Shown: positions 29,908 through 38,312, counted from the stretch's first letter. The stretch is DNA of 64,000 nt from a virus (IMGVR_UViG_3300028797_000118:1-64000); one strand, 5' to 3'. A program made the numbers and translations. Notes: generated from the letters alone by a model not told the origin.

Positions 29908-30380
29908 GAACAGAGTATATTCATTATGGATCTTCTGAATTACTGCCTATTCAAAAAATTAGGAATCAAAAACATTTTTCAAAACCGGTAGGGGGAATAT
30001 GGGCAAGTCCTGTGGATGCTAAATTTGGTTGGAAGGATTGGTGCAAACGAGAGCATTTTAGAGTATGTGAATTAAGTAATTCTTTTAAATTTATACTTAA
30101 TGAGGATGCAAAGATATTTCACATTTATAGTGTAAGTGATCTAAAAAAGCTTCCACTACAAGATAAAGATAAATTATCTGACTTTTTTCTTATATCACAA
30201 TACTATTTGGATTTTGAAAAGATTGAAAAAGAATATGATGGTATTGAACTGCATTTATCGGAAGAAAATTTTGAAGAAACCGGTTTTGGAAAAGGTTTAT
30301 ATTTTTCTTTATATGGTTGGGATTGTGATTCCATCATACTTTTCCATGATAATGTAATAGAAAAATGGTGGAGTAAATAA
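29904..30380 (+). CDS. Hypothetical protein, possible ADP-ribosyltransferase-like fold
   Basis: YIHYG / GGIWASP / YDGI...WDCDS motif order; fold call is tentative. Confidence 0.45.
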   Translation: MRTEYIHYGSSELLPIQKIRNQKHFSKPVGGIWASPVDAKFGWKDWCKREHFRVCELSNSFKFILNEDAKIFHIYSVSDLKKLPLQDKDKLSDFFLISQYYLDFEKIEKEYDGIELHLSEENFEETGFGKGLYFSLYGWDCDSIILFHDNVIEKWWSK

Positions 30381-30476
30381 GATTGAAAAAACAATTTCGT
30401 AAAATTTCGGTTTTACGAAAAACTTATGGGTGGTTAGGTATTTATATTTAATATAATTATAGAGAGGGAGAAAAAA

Positions 30477-30773
30477 ATGGAAAGACAGATGTATTATGAT
30501 TTTGCAAGAAGTTTAAAAGGGAAATTAATTGAAGAAGTCAATGGATATGTTAAGACAGAGATTTATCCAGATATTGATACTATTATTGTTAAATTTACAT
30601 TTAAAGAATTTGAATTTAGTTATCCAATCAACGAAATTGCAGACATTATATATAGTGGTTCTTCAGATATACTTGTAGATAATATAATAGAGAAATATAA
30701 GAAAGCGATTATGAGAGGCTTTTTTAAAACGAAGGGAAAGAAAGAACAAGAACAACTTGTTGAAATTCTATGA
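30477..30773 (+). CDS. Hypothetical protein
   Basis: 98 aa with RBS GAGGGAG. Confidence 0.6.
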   Translation: MERQMYYDFARSLKGKLIEEVNGYVKTEIYPDIDTIIVKFTFKEFEFSYPINEIADIIYSGSSDILVDNIIEKYKKAIMRGFFKTKGKKEQEQLVEIL

Positions 30774-30897
30774 AAATTATTAAAACCACCGAATTCGGTG
30801 GTTTTAGTTTTTCTAAGTATATAAATAATAAAATTTCTGATACATTATTCTGTTTATTTAGTGTACAATAAAATATACATCGCAAATTTGAAAGGAA

Positions 30898-31221
30898 GTG
30901 ACAAACATGAAGGTTTGCGAGGAAATGACAAAATTACGTGATTGGCTAAATGAAAAAAATATAGAATGGGAGGATAGATCAGAAGATTTTGGGATTAAAT
31001 GGGTTGAATTTTGGATATGTAGAACACATTTTAGATTAAAGGGAAAACTCATATCTGTAATTAATGGATATGGGACTTATGGCGGATACGGAATATATGA
31101 AGGAAATAACGAAGGTCTGCTTGAAGTCATGGGATTGTATGAAGAAGTAGAAGGATATCTTACAGCAAAGGAACTTATTGAAGAAATACAAAAACGTATA
31201 GACTTGGAGGAGAAAAAATGA
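30898..31221 (+). CDS. Hypothetical protein
   Basis: ORF with RBS, first of a translationally coupled run. Confidence 0.6.
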   Translation: MTNMKVCEEMTKLRDWLNEKNIEWEDRSEDFGIKWVEFWICRTHFRLKGKLISVINGYGTYGGYGIYEGNNEGLLEVMGLYEEVEGYLTAKELIEEIQKRIDLEEKK

Positions 31222-31718
31222 GTTTCGTAAAGGCGATTACACCAAGATTGATGCATGAACAGTTTGGGTTATATCATGGGAATTGGTTTCCAGAAATGGA
31301 CAGATGTTGGGAAGACTTTGAGAGAGGATATAGTGTCTGTTCCAGAATGATATATACCAAGCAGTATGGAAATGTTGAACACGTAACGATCGGTAAAATG
31401 CGTAAAAAAGGTGAGTCTTTAGTTCCTGTTGCTGGGGAAAGACCTATTGGATGGGCTGAGAAGATGATGATTAAGAATGAGCTTTTTGGTGAGGACAGAT
31501 TCGCAATTGAAGTTTATCCTAAACAAAAAAATCTAGTCGATACTTCTGATGTGTATCACTTATGGGTATTTAACAAAAAGTACGACATGCCATTTGGCAT
31601 ACATCCAAGAGAGCATATTAAAGCAATCAATAGAGGAGATGCAAAACTTACATTAGAAGAATTAGAGATCCTTCAGAAAAAAATGGATGAAAAAGAGGGG
31701 GATGCGGCATGGACATAA
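31218..31718 (+). CDS. Conserved phage protein (EHV..W..M..K..F..P..V..HLW family)
   Basis: Motifs shared with 32259-32600. Confidence 0.65.
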   Translation: MSFVKAITPRLMHEQFGLYHGNWFPEMDRCWEDFERGYSVCSRMIYTKQYGNVEHVTIGKMRKKGESLVPVAGERPIGWAEKMMIKNELFGEDRFAIEVYPKQKNLVDTSDVYHLWVFNKKYDMPFGIHPREHIKAINRGDAKLTLEELEILQKKMDEKEGDAAWT

Positions 31719-32254
31719 TACACTTATTAGCTATTGAAGTTTGCCAAGGAAATCCGGGGGCCTTGACGTTTTATTGCGAGGCTATGAACAAAGGAAAGAC
31801 TAACCAAAAAACATTTCAAAAAGTCATTTCAGGATTTTGCAGGATGCAAGAAAATAATATAAAAGGTTCAAAGCTTTATATGCTATGGAATGATTGTCTT
31901 GACAGAGACACAGATAGAGCTATATATATCATGCTGCATGACACGATTGAAAGCATTATAGAGCATATAAATTATGATGGTGGTGTAGGCATCCCGTATA
32001 AAGACAATGAGCCTAGACCATACCATAAAGAGCCAAACGGAGAATGGTGGATATTTACATTCTTAAATGATGGATCTGATAAAGCAGGAAAGTGTGTAAA
32101 GATTAAAGGGACTTACGGTGAAGCAAGAGAAAAGATGATAGAAAAATATGGGACACACTTTGCATTTCAATACGAGGAAGGCAACTGGGAAAAGAATTGG
32201 AACGATCCTGACAGAGAACATGAGATGGAAGATGTCATTGATATCATAAGGTGA
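31709..32254 (+). CDS. Hypothetical protein (apparent two-domain fusion)
   Basis: GNPGAL...GSKLYMLWNDC domain plus WIFTF...YGEAREKM...FAFQY domain. Confidence 0.6.
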   Translation: MDIIHLLAIEVCQGNPGALTFYCEAMNKGKTNQKTFQKVISGFCRMQENNIKGSKLYMLWNDCLDRDTDRAIYIMLHDTIESIIEHINYDGGVGIPYKDNEPRPYHKEPNGEWWIFTFLNDGSDKAGKCVKIKGTYGEAREKMIEKYGTHFAFQYEEGNWEKNWNDPDREHEMEDVIDIIR

Positions 32255-32258
32255 AACC

Positions 32259-32600
32259 ATGAGAGATGAAAAAGAATACATCGATAAAGTGATATGGGAT
32301 GATGACCCAAACCTTGTAAGAAGTGGTTTAAAAATAGGACTCATAACACTTCCTAAAGGGCAGAAAGCTTCTGTTATAGTCGGCAGAAACGAAGATGGCT
32401 ATGAACATGTGAGCATACAGCTTTTTTGTGACCGATTACCCAAGTGGAACGAAATGTGTTACGTCAAAGATTTATTTTGGGACGAGGAGGAAGAAGTAGT
32501 TCAGATACACCCGAAAAAAAGTCAGTATGTCAATATGACAGAAGCATTGCATCTGTGGCGACCTGTTGATGGGGATTTTTCAATTCTAAATAAGGGGTAA
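32259..32600 (+). CDS. Conserved phage protein (EHVS..W..M..K..F..HP..YVN..LHLW family)
   Basis: Motifs shared with 31218-31718. Confidence 0.65.
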   Translation: MRDEKEYIDKVIWDDDPNLVRSGLKIGLITLPKGQKASVIVGRNEDGYEHVSIQLFCDRLPKWNEMCYVKDLFWDEEEEVVQIHPKKSQYVNMTEALHLWRPVDGDFSILNKG

Positions 32601-32603
32601 AAT

Positions 32604-32942
32604 ATGAGCGCAAAAGAATATAATGAAGCATATCCATACATGACCGAATTAGAACATGACCTAATGTATGATCTATATTATAGCGAGAATACTACAAATC
32701 ACGATGGACATACTTGGGTAACGTATGGGGATGTTGAAAGAATTGTTGGAACTATTATTCAGGAAAGGCATAAGGAAATGACAGAGAGGGAACAGAAACT
32801 AATCGAGATACTTAAGAAAGCTATATCTTTATCTGATAATGAGAATGTTCCGGCATTCATTCTACAAGAGTACATTCAAAAAAATGGTTTTCTTAGTAAT
32901 GATGCAGCAGAAGAAGTCAGGAGGCTGTTAAATGATACTTGA
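32604..32942 (+). CDS. Hypothetical protein
   Basis: 112 aa ORF in operon. Confidence 0.55.
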   Translation: MSAKEYNEAYPYMTELEHDLMYDLYYSENTTNHDGHTWVTYGDVERIVGTIIQERHKEMTEREQKLIEILKKAISLSDNENVPAFILQEYIQKNGFLSNDAAEEVRRLLNDT

Positions 32943-33354
32943 TGAAGAAGACATCTGTTCAAAAGAGTCTATGAAACTTGAAGCAATCAAGCGTATGAAA
33001 AAGTTAAATATTCGGGATGATGTTATTGAAGCTTTCAAAAATAATGATCTACTACTCTGCTCTAGCTATGAAGAAATAAAAGAAGTTCCACCTGAAATAT
33101 TAAAAAATATAAAAGATTGGGAAAAGAAATTTGGGAATTTAGTATTTCATGTAATTTATAGCGAATTATTTGGATGCATAATATATAATGCATTATCTGT
33201 TTCTTGCTATATGGAAGATTGGGATTATGAAAATGAAATACTAGAAATAGGTTGGTCTATGGCTTATACAATAAATGAGACTATACCTCAATTTTCTGAA
33301 TCGGGATTTATTCTACTAAAGAATTCAAATGGAATTTTACATAGAATAAATTAA
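32932..33354 (+). CDS. Hypothetical protein
   Basis: 140 aa ORF in operon. Confidence 0.6.
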   Translation: MILDEEDICSKESMKLEAIKRMKKLNIRDDVIEAFKNNDLLLCSSYEEIKEVPPEILKNIKDWEKKFGNLVFHVIYSELFGCIIYNALSVSCYMEDWDYENEILEIGWSMAYTINETIPQFSESGFILLKNSNGILHRIN

Positions 33355-33367
33355 GTGAGGAGTTTTA

Positions 33368-34462
33368 ATGATAAAAGGCGTAAAATTTAGGATCTATCCC
33401 AACAAAGAACAACAACAATTAATAGACCAGACATTCGGATGTTGTAGACTTGTATATAATAAAGCTCTTGCATTAAGAAAAGAAGCATATGAAGAAAGAC
33501 AAGAAAAGGTGGGCTACATGCAAACTTCTGCTATGCTCACAAAACTCAAAAAGCAAGATGAGTTCGTCTTCCTTAAAGATGTAGATTCTATCGCTCTGCA
33601 GCAGTCTCTCAGAGACTTAGACCGTGGATTCAAAAACTTTTTTGAGAAACGTGCAAGGCATCCTCAGTTCAAGAGTAAACATAACAACCATCAGTCCTAT
33701 AGAACCATTAACCAAGGTGATAACATCCGTATTGTTGGCAAATATATCAAACTTCCTAAGCTTGGATATGTAAAAATCAGGCAATCTATGGAAGTTGGGC
33801 ATATCAATAACGTCACCATTGAGAAGACTCCTACAGGTAAATATTTCGTAGTCCTTAACGTGGATTTTGAGCCTAAACTGCGTCCAAACAACGGATGTAT
33901 GGTCGGTATAGATGTTGGTATTAAAGAGTTCTATTCTGACAGTAACGGTAATGTCGTAAACAATCCTAAATACCTCGAAATGTCACAGCGTAAACTCATT
34001 CGTGAACAGCGCAGGTTGTCACGTAAACAGAAAGACTCTAATAACCGCAATAAACAACGTATTCGTGTGGCTAAAGTTCATGAGAAGATAACCAATCAGC
34101 GTAATGATTTCCTTCAAAAGCAGTCAACTATGCTTGTTAGCGAAAACCAAACTATCTGCATAGAAGACCTTAATGTTAAGGGAATGATACATAATCATAA
34201 GCTTGCCAAATCTATAGCAAGTGCATCATGGAGTAAGTTCTTTACAATGCTTGAATATAAAGCTGCATGGTACGGGAGTGAGGTAATCAAAGTGCCCACT
34301 ATGTACCCAAGCAGTCAGACTTGCAGTTGTTGCGGCTATAAAAATCCACTTGTAAAGAATCTTGCTGTACGCACATGGGAATGTCCTCAGTGTCATGCAA
34401 AGCATGACAGAGACACTAACGCAAGTATAAACATACTAAACAAAGGGCTATTCATAGCCTGA
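33368..34462 (+). CDS. tnpB: TnpB RNA-guided endonuclease (IS200/IS605 family)
   Basis: KFRIYP...FGCCRLVYN HTH; RuvC GIDVG / IEDL / DRDTNA; CSCC..CPQC zinc finger. Confidence 0.95.
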   Translation: MIKGVKFRIYPNKEQQQLIDQTFGCCRLVYNKALALRKEAYEERQEKVGYMQTSAMLTKLKKQDEFVFLKDVDSIALQQSLRDLDRGFKNFFEKRARHPQFKSKHNNHQSYRTINQGDNIRIVGKYIKLPKLGYVKIRQSMEVGHINNVTIEKTPTGKYFVVLNVDFEPKLRPNNGCMVGIDVGIKEFYSDSNGNVVNNPKYLEMSQRKLIREQRRLSRKQKDSNNRNKQRIRVAKVHEKITNQRNDFLQKQSTMLVSENQTICIEDLNVKGMIHNHKLAKSIASASWSKFFTMLEYKAAWYGSEVIKVPTMYPSSQTCSCCGYKNPLVKNLAVRTWECPQCHAKHDRDTNASINILNKGLFIA

Positions 34463-34590
34463 AACATAAACAGTACCGTAGGGCATACGGGAATTTACGC
34501 TTGTGGAGACCGTGTAAAACTAAAGCTCTTATAGCAATGTAGTGGTCGTCGAAACAAGAATCCCACGACTTTAGTCGTGTGGAGTGTCAA
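34463..34590 (+). mobile_element. IS200/IS605 right end / omegaRNA scaffold of the solo tnpB
   Basis: Subterminal hairpin CCCACGAC-TTTA-GTCGTGTGG then GTGTCAA terminus; resembles the right end at 38093-38125. Confidence 0.85.
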
Positions 34591-34610
34591 CTAAATCATA
34601 AAAAGCTTTT

Positions 34611-34763
34611 CTAATTTGAAGTTGTATCAGATCCATTGCAATCCTCCTCTTCTATCTCATCTTCTACATCAGATCCATTACACTCTTTTTGATGAGAACA
34701 TAAATTGCAATTACATTCATAAGAATAATTACCGGTTATAAAGCATCTTTCATTAGCATTCAT
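34611..34763 (-). CDS. Small Cys-rich acidic protein (50 aa)
   Basis: MNANERCFITG...CNCNLCSHQKEC; RBS GGAGG; internal CNGSD duplication. Confidence 0.55.
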   Translation of the reverse strand: MNANERCFITGNYSYECNCNLCSHQKECNGSDVEDEIEEEDCNGSDTTSN

Positions 34764-34913
34764 TTTTTACCTCCGAAATTAGTCCGTTTTTGTAAGAGAA
34801 CGGTTTTATTAAACTCTTTGCAAAGTAGATCATTAGCAATATATATTGCTATGAAGTGGCATCATAGTTTTGACACTATGACACCGAAGGTATAGAGGAT
34901 TTTTTAATGCAAA

Positions 34914-34976
34914 TTGCGGAGATAGGATTCGAACCTACTTTTTTATTTAACGAGCTACCATTGCTCAAACTCCGCT
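34914..34976 (-). ncRNA. tRNA-fMet-like RNA lacking the anticodon arm (pseudo-tRNA or tRNA mimic)
   Basis: A-GCGGAG TTT GAGC-AATGGTA-GCTC G TTAAATAAAAAA GTAGG-TTCGAAT-CCTAT CTCCGC-A-A: intact acceptor, D and T arms, no anticodon stem. Confidence 0.8.
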
Positions 34977-35045
34977 GAGGGTGCGGAGCTAAAAAGCTCC
35001 GCGAAAAGGGTGTATGTGTCATGTTTGTGGGGACAAACATTTGAC

Positions 35046-35234
35046 CTAAACTTTAATTGTTTTACATATATTCTTATCGATCCATTGAACTAATCTATCT
35101 CTTGGTATGATATATTGTTTATTTATTCTGATTTTGGGAAAGTCATCTTTTCTCACTAAAGAATATGTTTGGTTTATTCCAATGCCTAGAAGTTCCGACA
35201 ATTCTTTTACTGTCATCATCTCTTTCATAATCAT
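35046..35234 (-). CDS. Excisionase-like HTH DNA-binding protein
   Basis: MTVKELSELLGIG...YSLV...FPKIRI...IPRDRL..WI (HTH_17 pattern). Confidence 0.8.
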   Translation of the reverse strand: MIMKEMMTVKELSELLGIGINQTYSLVRKDDFPKIRINKQYIIPRDRLVQWIDKNICKTIKV

Positions 35235-35237
35235 TCC

Positions 35238-35468
35238 TCACAATTGGTTTAGAAATGCTTGAGCAATATTCTGATTGGTATATAAGTTTTCTTCATCTTC
35301 TATCCCAATCATATAAGCACATCCTTTTTCTTCCCAAGCAAAAATCATATTTGGATAAACTTTTGTGATTTTTAGTTTATAAACTTTTTTTGTTCCGGTT
35401 AGTTTATTATGAAATGCATAATAAACATACATACCTGGACTATATTCTTCAGTAAAATCAATATCCAT
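35238..35468 (-). CDS. Hypothetical protein
   Basis: 76 aa ORF in operon. Confidence 0.55.
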   Translation of the reverse strand: MDIDFTEEYSPGMYVYYAFHNKLTGTKKVYKLKITKVYPNMIFAWEEKGCAYMIGIEDEENLYTNQNIAQAFLNQL

Positions 35469-35961
35469 GTTGTCTTTCTAATTTTGAAGCATACTCCAAA
35501 ATATTTGAAACATATTTACTTGGTTTAGTGGCAGAAAAATTTTTTTCTCCATGATATATTGCAAGAACAATTGCAGGATCTTCATATTCTTCAAAAAGTT
35601 CAGAAAGAAGATCAGCTGCTATTAGTAAATTATTATATGGATTACAGATATCGGACTCGTCAATATTTAATTTTTGCAACCTTTTTTTGTGGCTTGAAAG
35701 ATGTATTTGCATAAGTCCGTAGCAACCTTCTGAATTTTTAATATTAGGGATATATCTACTTTCATGATATGCAATAGCTTCTAATAATTCGGGACTGATA
35801 TTATATCTTTCACCTACCAAATTTGCTGCAATTTCGATATTTCTGGGAATTTCTTCTTGCTCATAAAATTGAAGACTTTTAGCTGAATAGTCTTCATCTG
35901 AAGCATAAGTTGTTGGACACATAAGTATAAAGATTCCCAAGAATAATAAGAACTTTTTCAT
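35458..35961 (-). CDS. Secreted SLT-family lytic transglycosylase
   Basis: Signal peptide MKKFLLFLGIFIL; AIAYHES (catalytic Glu), GLMQ, AIYH motifs. Confidence 0.85.
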   Translation of the reverse strand: MKKFLLFLGIFILMCPTTYASDEDYSAKSLQFYEQEEIPRNIEIAANLVGERYNISPELLEAIAYHESRYIPNIKNSEGCYGLMQIHLSSHKKRLQKLNIDESDICNPYNNLLIAADLLSELFEEYEDPAIVLAIYHGEKNFSATKPSKYVSNILEYASKLERQHGY

Positions 35962-36052
35962 ATTGTTTCCTCCAACTGATAAATTAATGATACGTTATAA
36001 TCACTTAAAGTGTCAACCGTTAATTTTGTCAATCAATAAATCAATTTCATCA

Positions 36053-36081
36053 TTGAAATCAATATATTTTTTTGTTATAGT
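36053..36081 (+). promoter_or_regulatory. Promoter of toxin mRNA (locus 2)
   Basis: TTGAAA-17-TATAGT with extended TG. Confidence 0.65.
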
Positions 36082-36285
36082 GTTCTACAGGTGGTAGCGG
36101 TTCCCTTGATAGTAATTACAAGGGAGGGACGGCGCCGATGGATTATATCACAGTTGTAACGCTGATTACCAAATGTCGCCGTAAAGCCCCTTGCTTTAGC
36201 AATGGGGATATAAGGCGACTATTATATTGCTTGAAGTTATCTAATTTCTATTGCATTAGATAGACATTAGCTATATAATGTATAT

Positions 36286-36678
36286 ATGGAATACAAATCA
36301 AATCACAATGTAGTCTATTCCTGCAAATACCATGTGGTATGGTGTCCTAAGTATCGACGTTCCGTTTTAATAAACGGTGTTGATGTTCGCTTAAAGGAGT
36401 TGATTAAAAAAATCTGCGACCAACTTAACGTCGAAATCATCGAAATGGAAATCATGCCAGACCATGTACATTTGCTTATGGGAGTAGACCCTCAATTCGG
36501 AGTACATAAAGCCGTAAAACAAATTAAAGGATATTCTTCTAAAGTATTGAGAGATGAGTTTCCCTGGCTTAAATCAAGGCTTCCGAGCCTCTGGACAAAC
36601 AGCTACTTTGTTAGCACAGTTGGTGGTGCTCCACTTGCTGTCATTAAACAGTATATTGAGAATCAGAAAAATGTGTAG
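36286..36678 (+). CDS. tnpA: IS200 Y1 (HUH) transposase
   Basis: YHVVWCPKYRR, DHVH, KGYSS, LWTNSYF, YIENQ. Confidence 0.97.
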   Translation: MEYKSNHNVVYSCKYHVVWCPKYRRSVLINGVDVRLKELIKKICDQLNVEIIEMEIMPDHVHLLMGVDPQFGVHKAVKQIKGYSSKVLRDEFPWLKSRLPSLWTNSYFVSTVGGAPLAVIKQYIENQKNV

Positions 36679-36687
36679 GTGTCACTT

Positions 36688-36852
36688 ATGAACCAAGAAC
36701 TCAAAAATATTATTCTTGCAAAATGTGATGATCGTGAACGTCTGGGATATGACCATCTAAACGATTCTGATATTATGGATATCCTTGAAGAGTGTAACAA
36801 CAAGAATATATCTGTAACCCGTAAAGAATTAGAGCAGTTAGGAATGGATTAA
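36688..36852 (+). CDS. Small passenger protein inside the IS (54 aa)
   Basis: MNQELKNIILAKCDDRERLGYDHLNDSDIMDILEECNNKNISVTRKELEQLGMD fills the tnpA-tnpB gap; stop abuts the tnpB ATG. Confidence 0.6.
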   Translation: MNQELKNIILAKCDDRERLGYDHLNDSDIMDILEECNNKNISVTRKELEQLGMD

Positions 36853-37989
36853 ATGCAATTATCAGAAACAGTAAAACTCTATATGACTAAAGAGCAAAGG
36901 TCTCTTGTCGTTATGGCTATGAACGAGTATATAAGTACCGTAAATAGCCTTGTTTCTGTTGCTGTAAATGGAACGTCTATCAGTAAATATACAACTGCTG
37001 ATGTTAGTGCAAACCTTCCATCTGCATTAACAAATCAGTGTATTCGTGATGCCAGATCTATTATAAACAAATACAGTAAAGCTGTACGCAAGGCTGACAG
37101 CAAAAACAAGCAGCTTGAAAAACGTGGTTCTGAAATCAGAGTAAAGGAACCTTCCGTTCCTGTCTTAAAAAGACCTTGCTGCTATATCAATAATCAGAAC
37201 TTCAAAATCAAGGATAACCATATTGAATTTCCCGTTTTGATGGGAGGCAAGTCAAAGCGTATAGCAATTCACACATCTATGACCGATAGACAGAAATCTG
37301 TACTTGCGGACTCTAAACTTGGCACAATGCGTATTGTTTATAAAGGCAACAAGATAATGGCTCAAATCGTGTATGAGGTTGCTGAAACCGAATATTCTAA
37401 TGATGGCAATATCATGGGTATTGACCTTGGTATTAAGTGTCCTGCGGTGTCTTGTATTTCTGACGGTAGCGTTAAATTCTACGGTAATGGTCGCAAAAAT
37501 AAATATATGCGCAGACATTATAAGTATCTCCGTAAGAAACTCCAAAAAGCTAAACATCCTGAAGCTGTGGGCCGCATTAACAACAAAGAACAGCGCATTA
37601 TGAAGGATCTCGACCATAAGTTAAGCCACGACATTGTAGAAACTGCGGTTGCTCACAATGTTAAAACCATAAAATTAGAGCGATTAGCAAATATCCGCTC
37701 TACGACAAGAACAAGTCGCAAAAACAACCACAGTCTGCATACATGGTCATTCTATAGACTTGCACAGTATATAGAATATAAAGCCAAACTTGCAGGCATT
37801 AAAGTTGAGTACGTAAATCCCGCATACACAAGTCAGACATGTCCTGTCTGTGGTCATGTACATCATGCCAATGATAGGAACTATGTTTGTAAGTGTGGAT
37901 TCCATATCCACAGGGATTTGCTCGGTGCTATGAATATCTGTAACTCAACTGAGTATGTTGGCGATAGTAATATCAGACATACTGCCTAA
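36853..37989 (+). CDS. tnpB: TnpB RNA-guided endonuclease
   Basis: GIDLG / LERL / HRD RuvC residues; YTSQTCPVCG...CKCG zinc finger. Confidence 0.93.
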   Translation: MQLSETVKLYMTKEQRSLVVMAMNEYISTVNSLVSVAVNGTSISKYTTADVSANLPSALTNQCIRDARSIINKYSKAVRKADSKNKQLEKRGSEIRVKEPSVPVLKRPCCYINNQNFKIKDNHIEFPVLMGGKSKRIAIHTSMTDRQKSVLADSKLGTMRIVYKGNKIMAQIVYEVAETEYSNDGNIMGIDLGIKCPAVSCISDGSVKFYGNGRKNKYMRRHYKYLRKKLQKAKHPEAVGRINNKEQRIMKDLDHKLSHDIVETAVAHNVKTIKLERLANIRSTTRTSRKNNHSLHTWSFYRLAQYIEYKAKLAGIKVEYVNPAYTSQTCPVCGHVHHANDRNYVCKCGFHIHRDLLGAMNICNSTEYVGDSNIRHTA

Positions 37990-38192
37990 GCTGCTATATG
38001 CACTGGCTTAGGATGGGTAATGGCATACCCATACCTTGCACTACGACCTACTAGAAATAGACTGGTCAGCCGATAACTTCGGCAGGTAGCAAGAATCCCC
38101 TGCCTTTAGGCATGGGGAGTGTCAAAGCGGTTATTAATTGCTTGATTAATTTTTTCGGGCTTGTTCTCAAAATAATTGAGAATGCAGACAAT

Positions 38193-38275
38193 AATAAAAA
38201 CCGCTCCTAACCCGGAAAAGTTTTGAGCGGTTTTTATTAATCATCTTAACTTCAAGGGTATCGCTACCACTTGTC
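38193..38275 (-). ncRNA. Putative antitoxin sRNA A (locus 2)
   Basis: TTGAAA-16-TATAAT promoter (38309-38282); overlaps toxin 3' end and shares its terminator. Confidence 0.75.
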
Positions 38276-38312
38276 TAGTCTATTATAGCAAATTATTATA
38301 TATTTTCAAGCA

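Larger units (their letters stand above)
36170..38125 (+). mobile_element. IS200/IS605-family element (tnpA + small ORF + tnpB)
   Basis: Inserted 3' of TTAC, ends in TCAA, no target duplication; end hairpins CCCCTTGC-TTTA-GCAATGGGG and CCCCTGCC-TTTA-GGCATGGGG. Confidence 0.92.
36138..38210 (+). pseudogene. Type I toxin gene interrupted by IS (pieces 36138-36169 and 38126-38210); restored: MDYITVVTLITAVINCLINFFGLVLKIIENADNNKNRS
   Basis: Removing 36170-38125 restores a 38-codon hydrophobic ORF with RBS GGGAGG, sequestering leader hairpin and bidirectional terminator. Confidence 0.85.

Noticed and set aside
30781-30806. Telomere-resolution site of a linear phage-plasmid
   Set aside because: The palindrome is short, lies right after a stop codon with a downstream T tract, and no protelomerase is seen.
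34914-34976. Functional tRNA or attP remnant
   Set aside because: It has no anticodon arm so cannot decode; attP remnants usually keep only one end of a tRNA, whereas both ends are present here, and no integrase is adjacent.
36170-38125. IStron that would splice out and restore the toxin mRNA
   Set aside because: Only ~115 nt separate the left end from tnpA, too short for a group I intron core.
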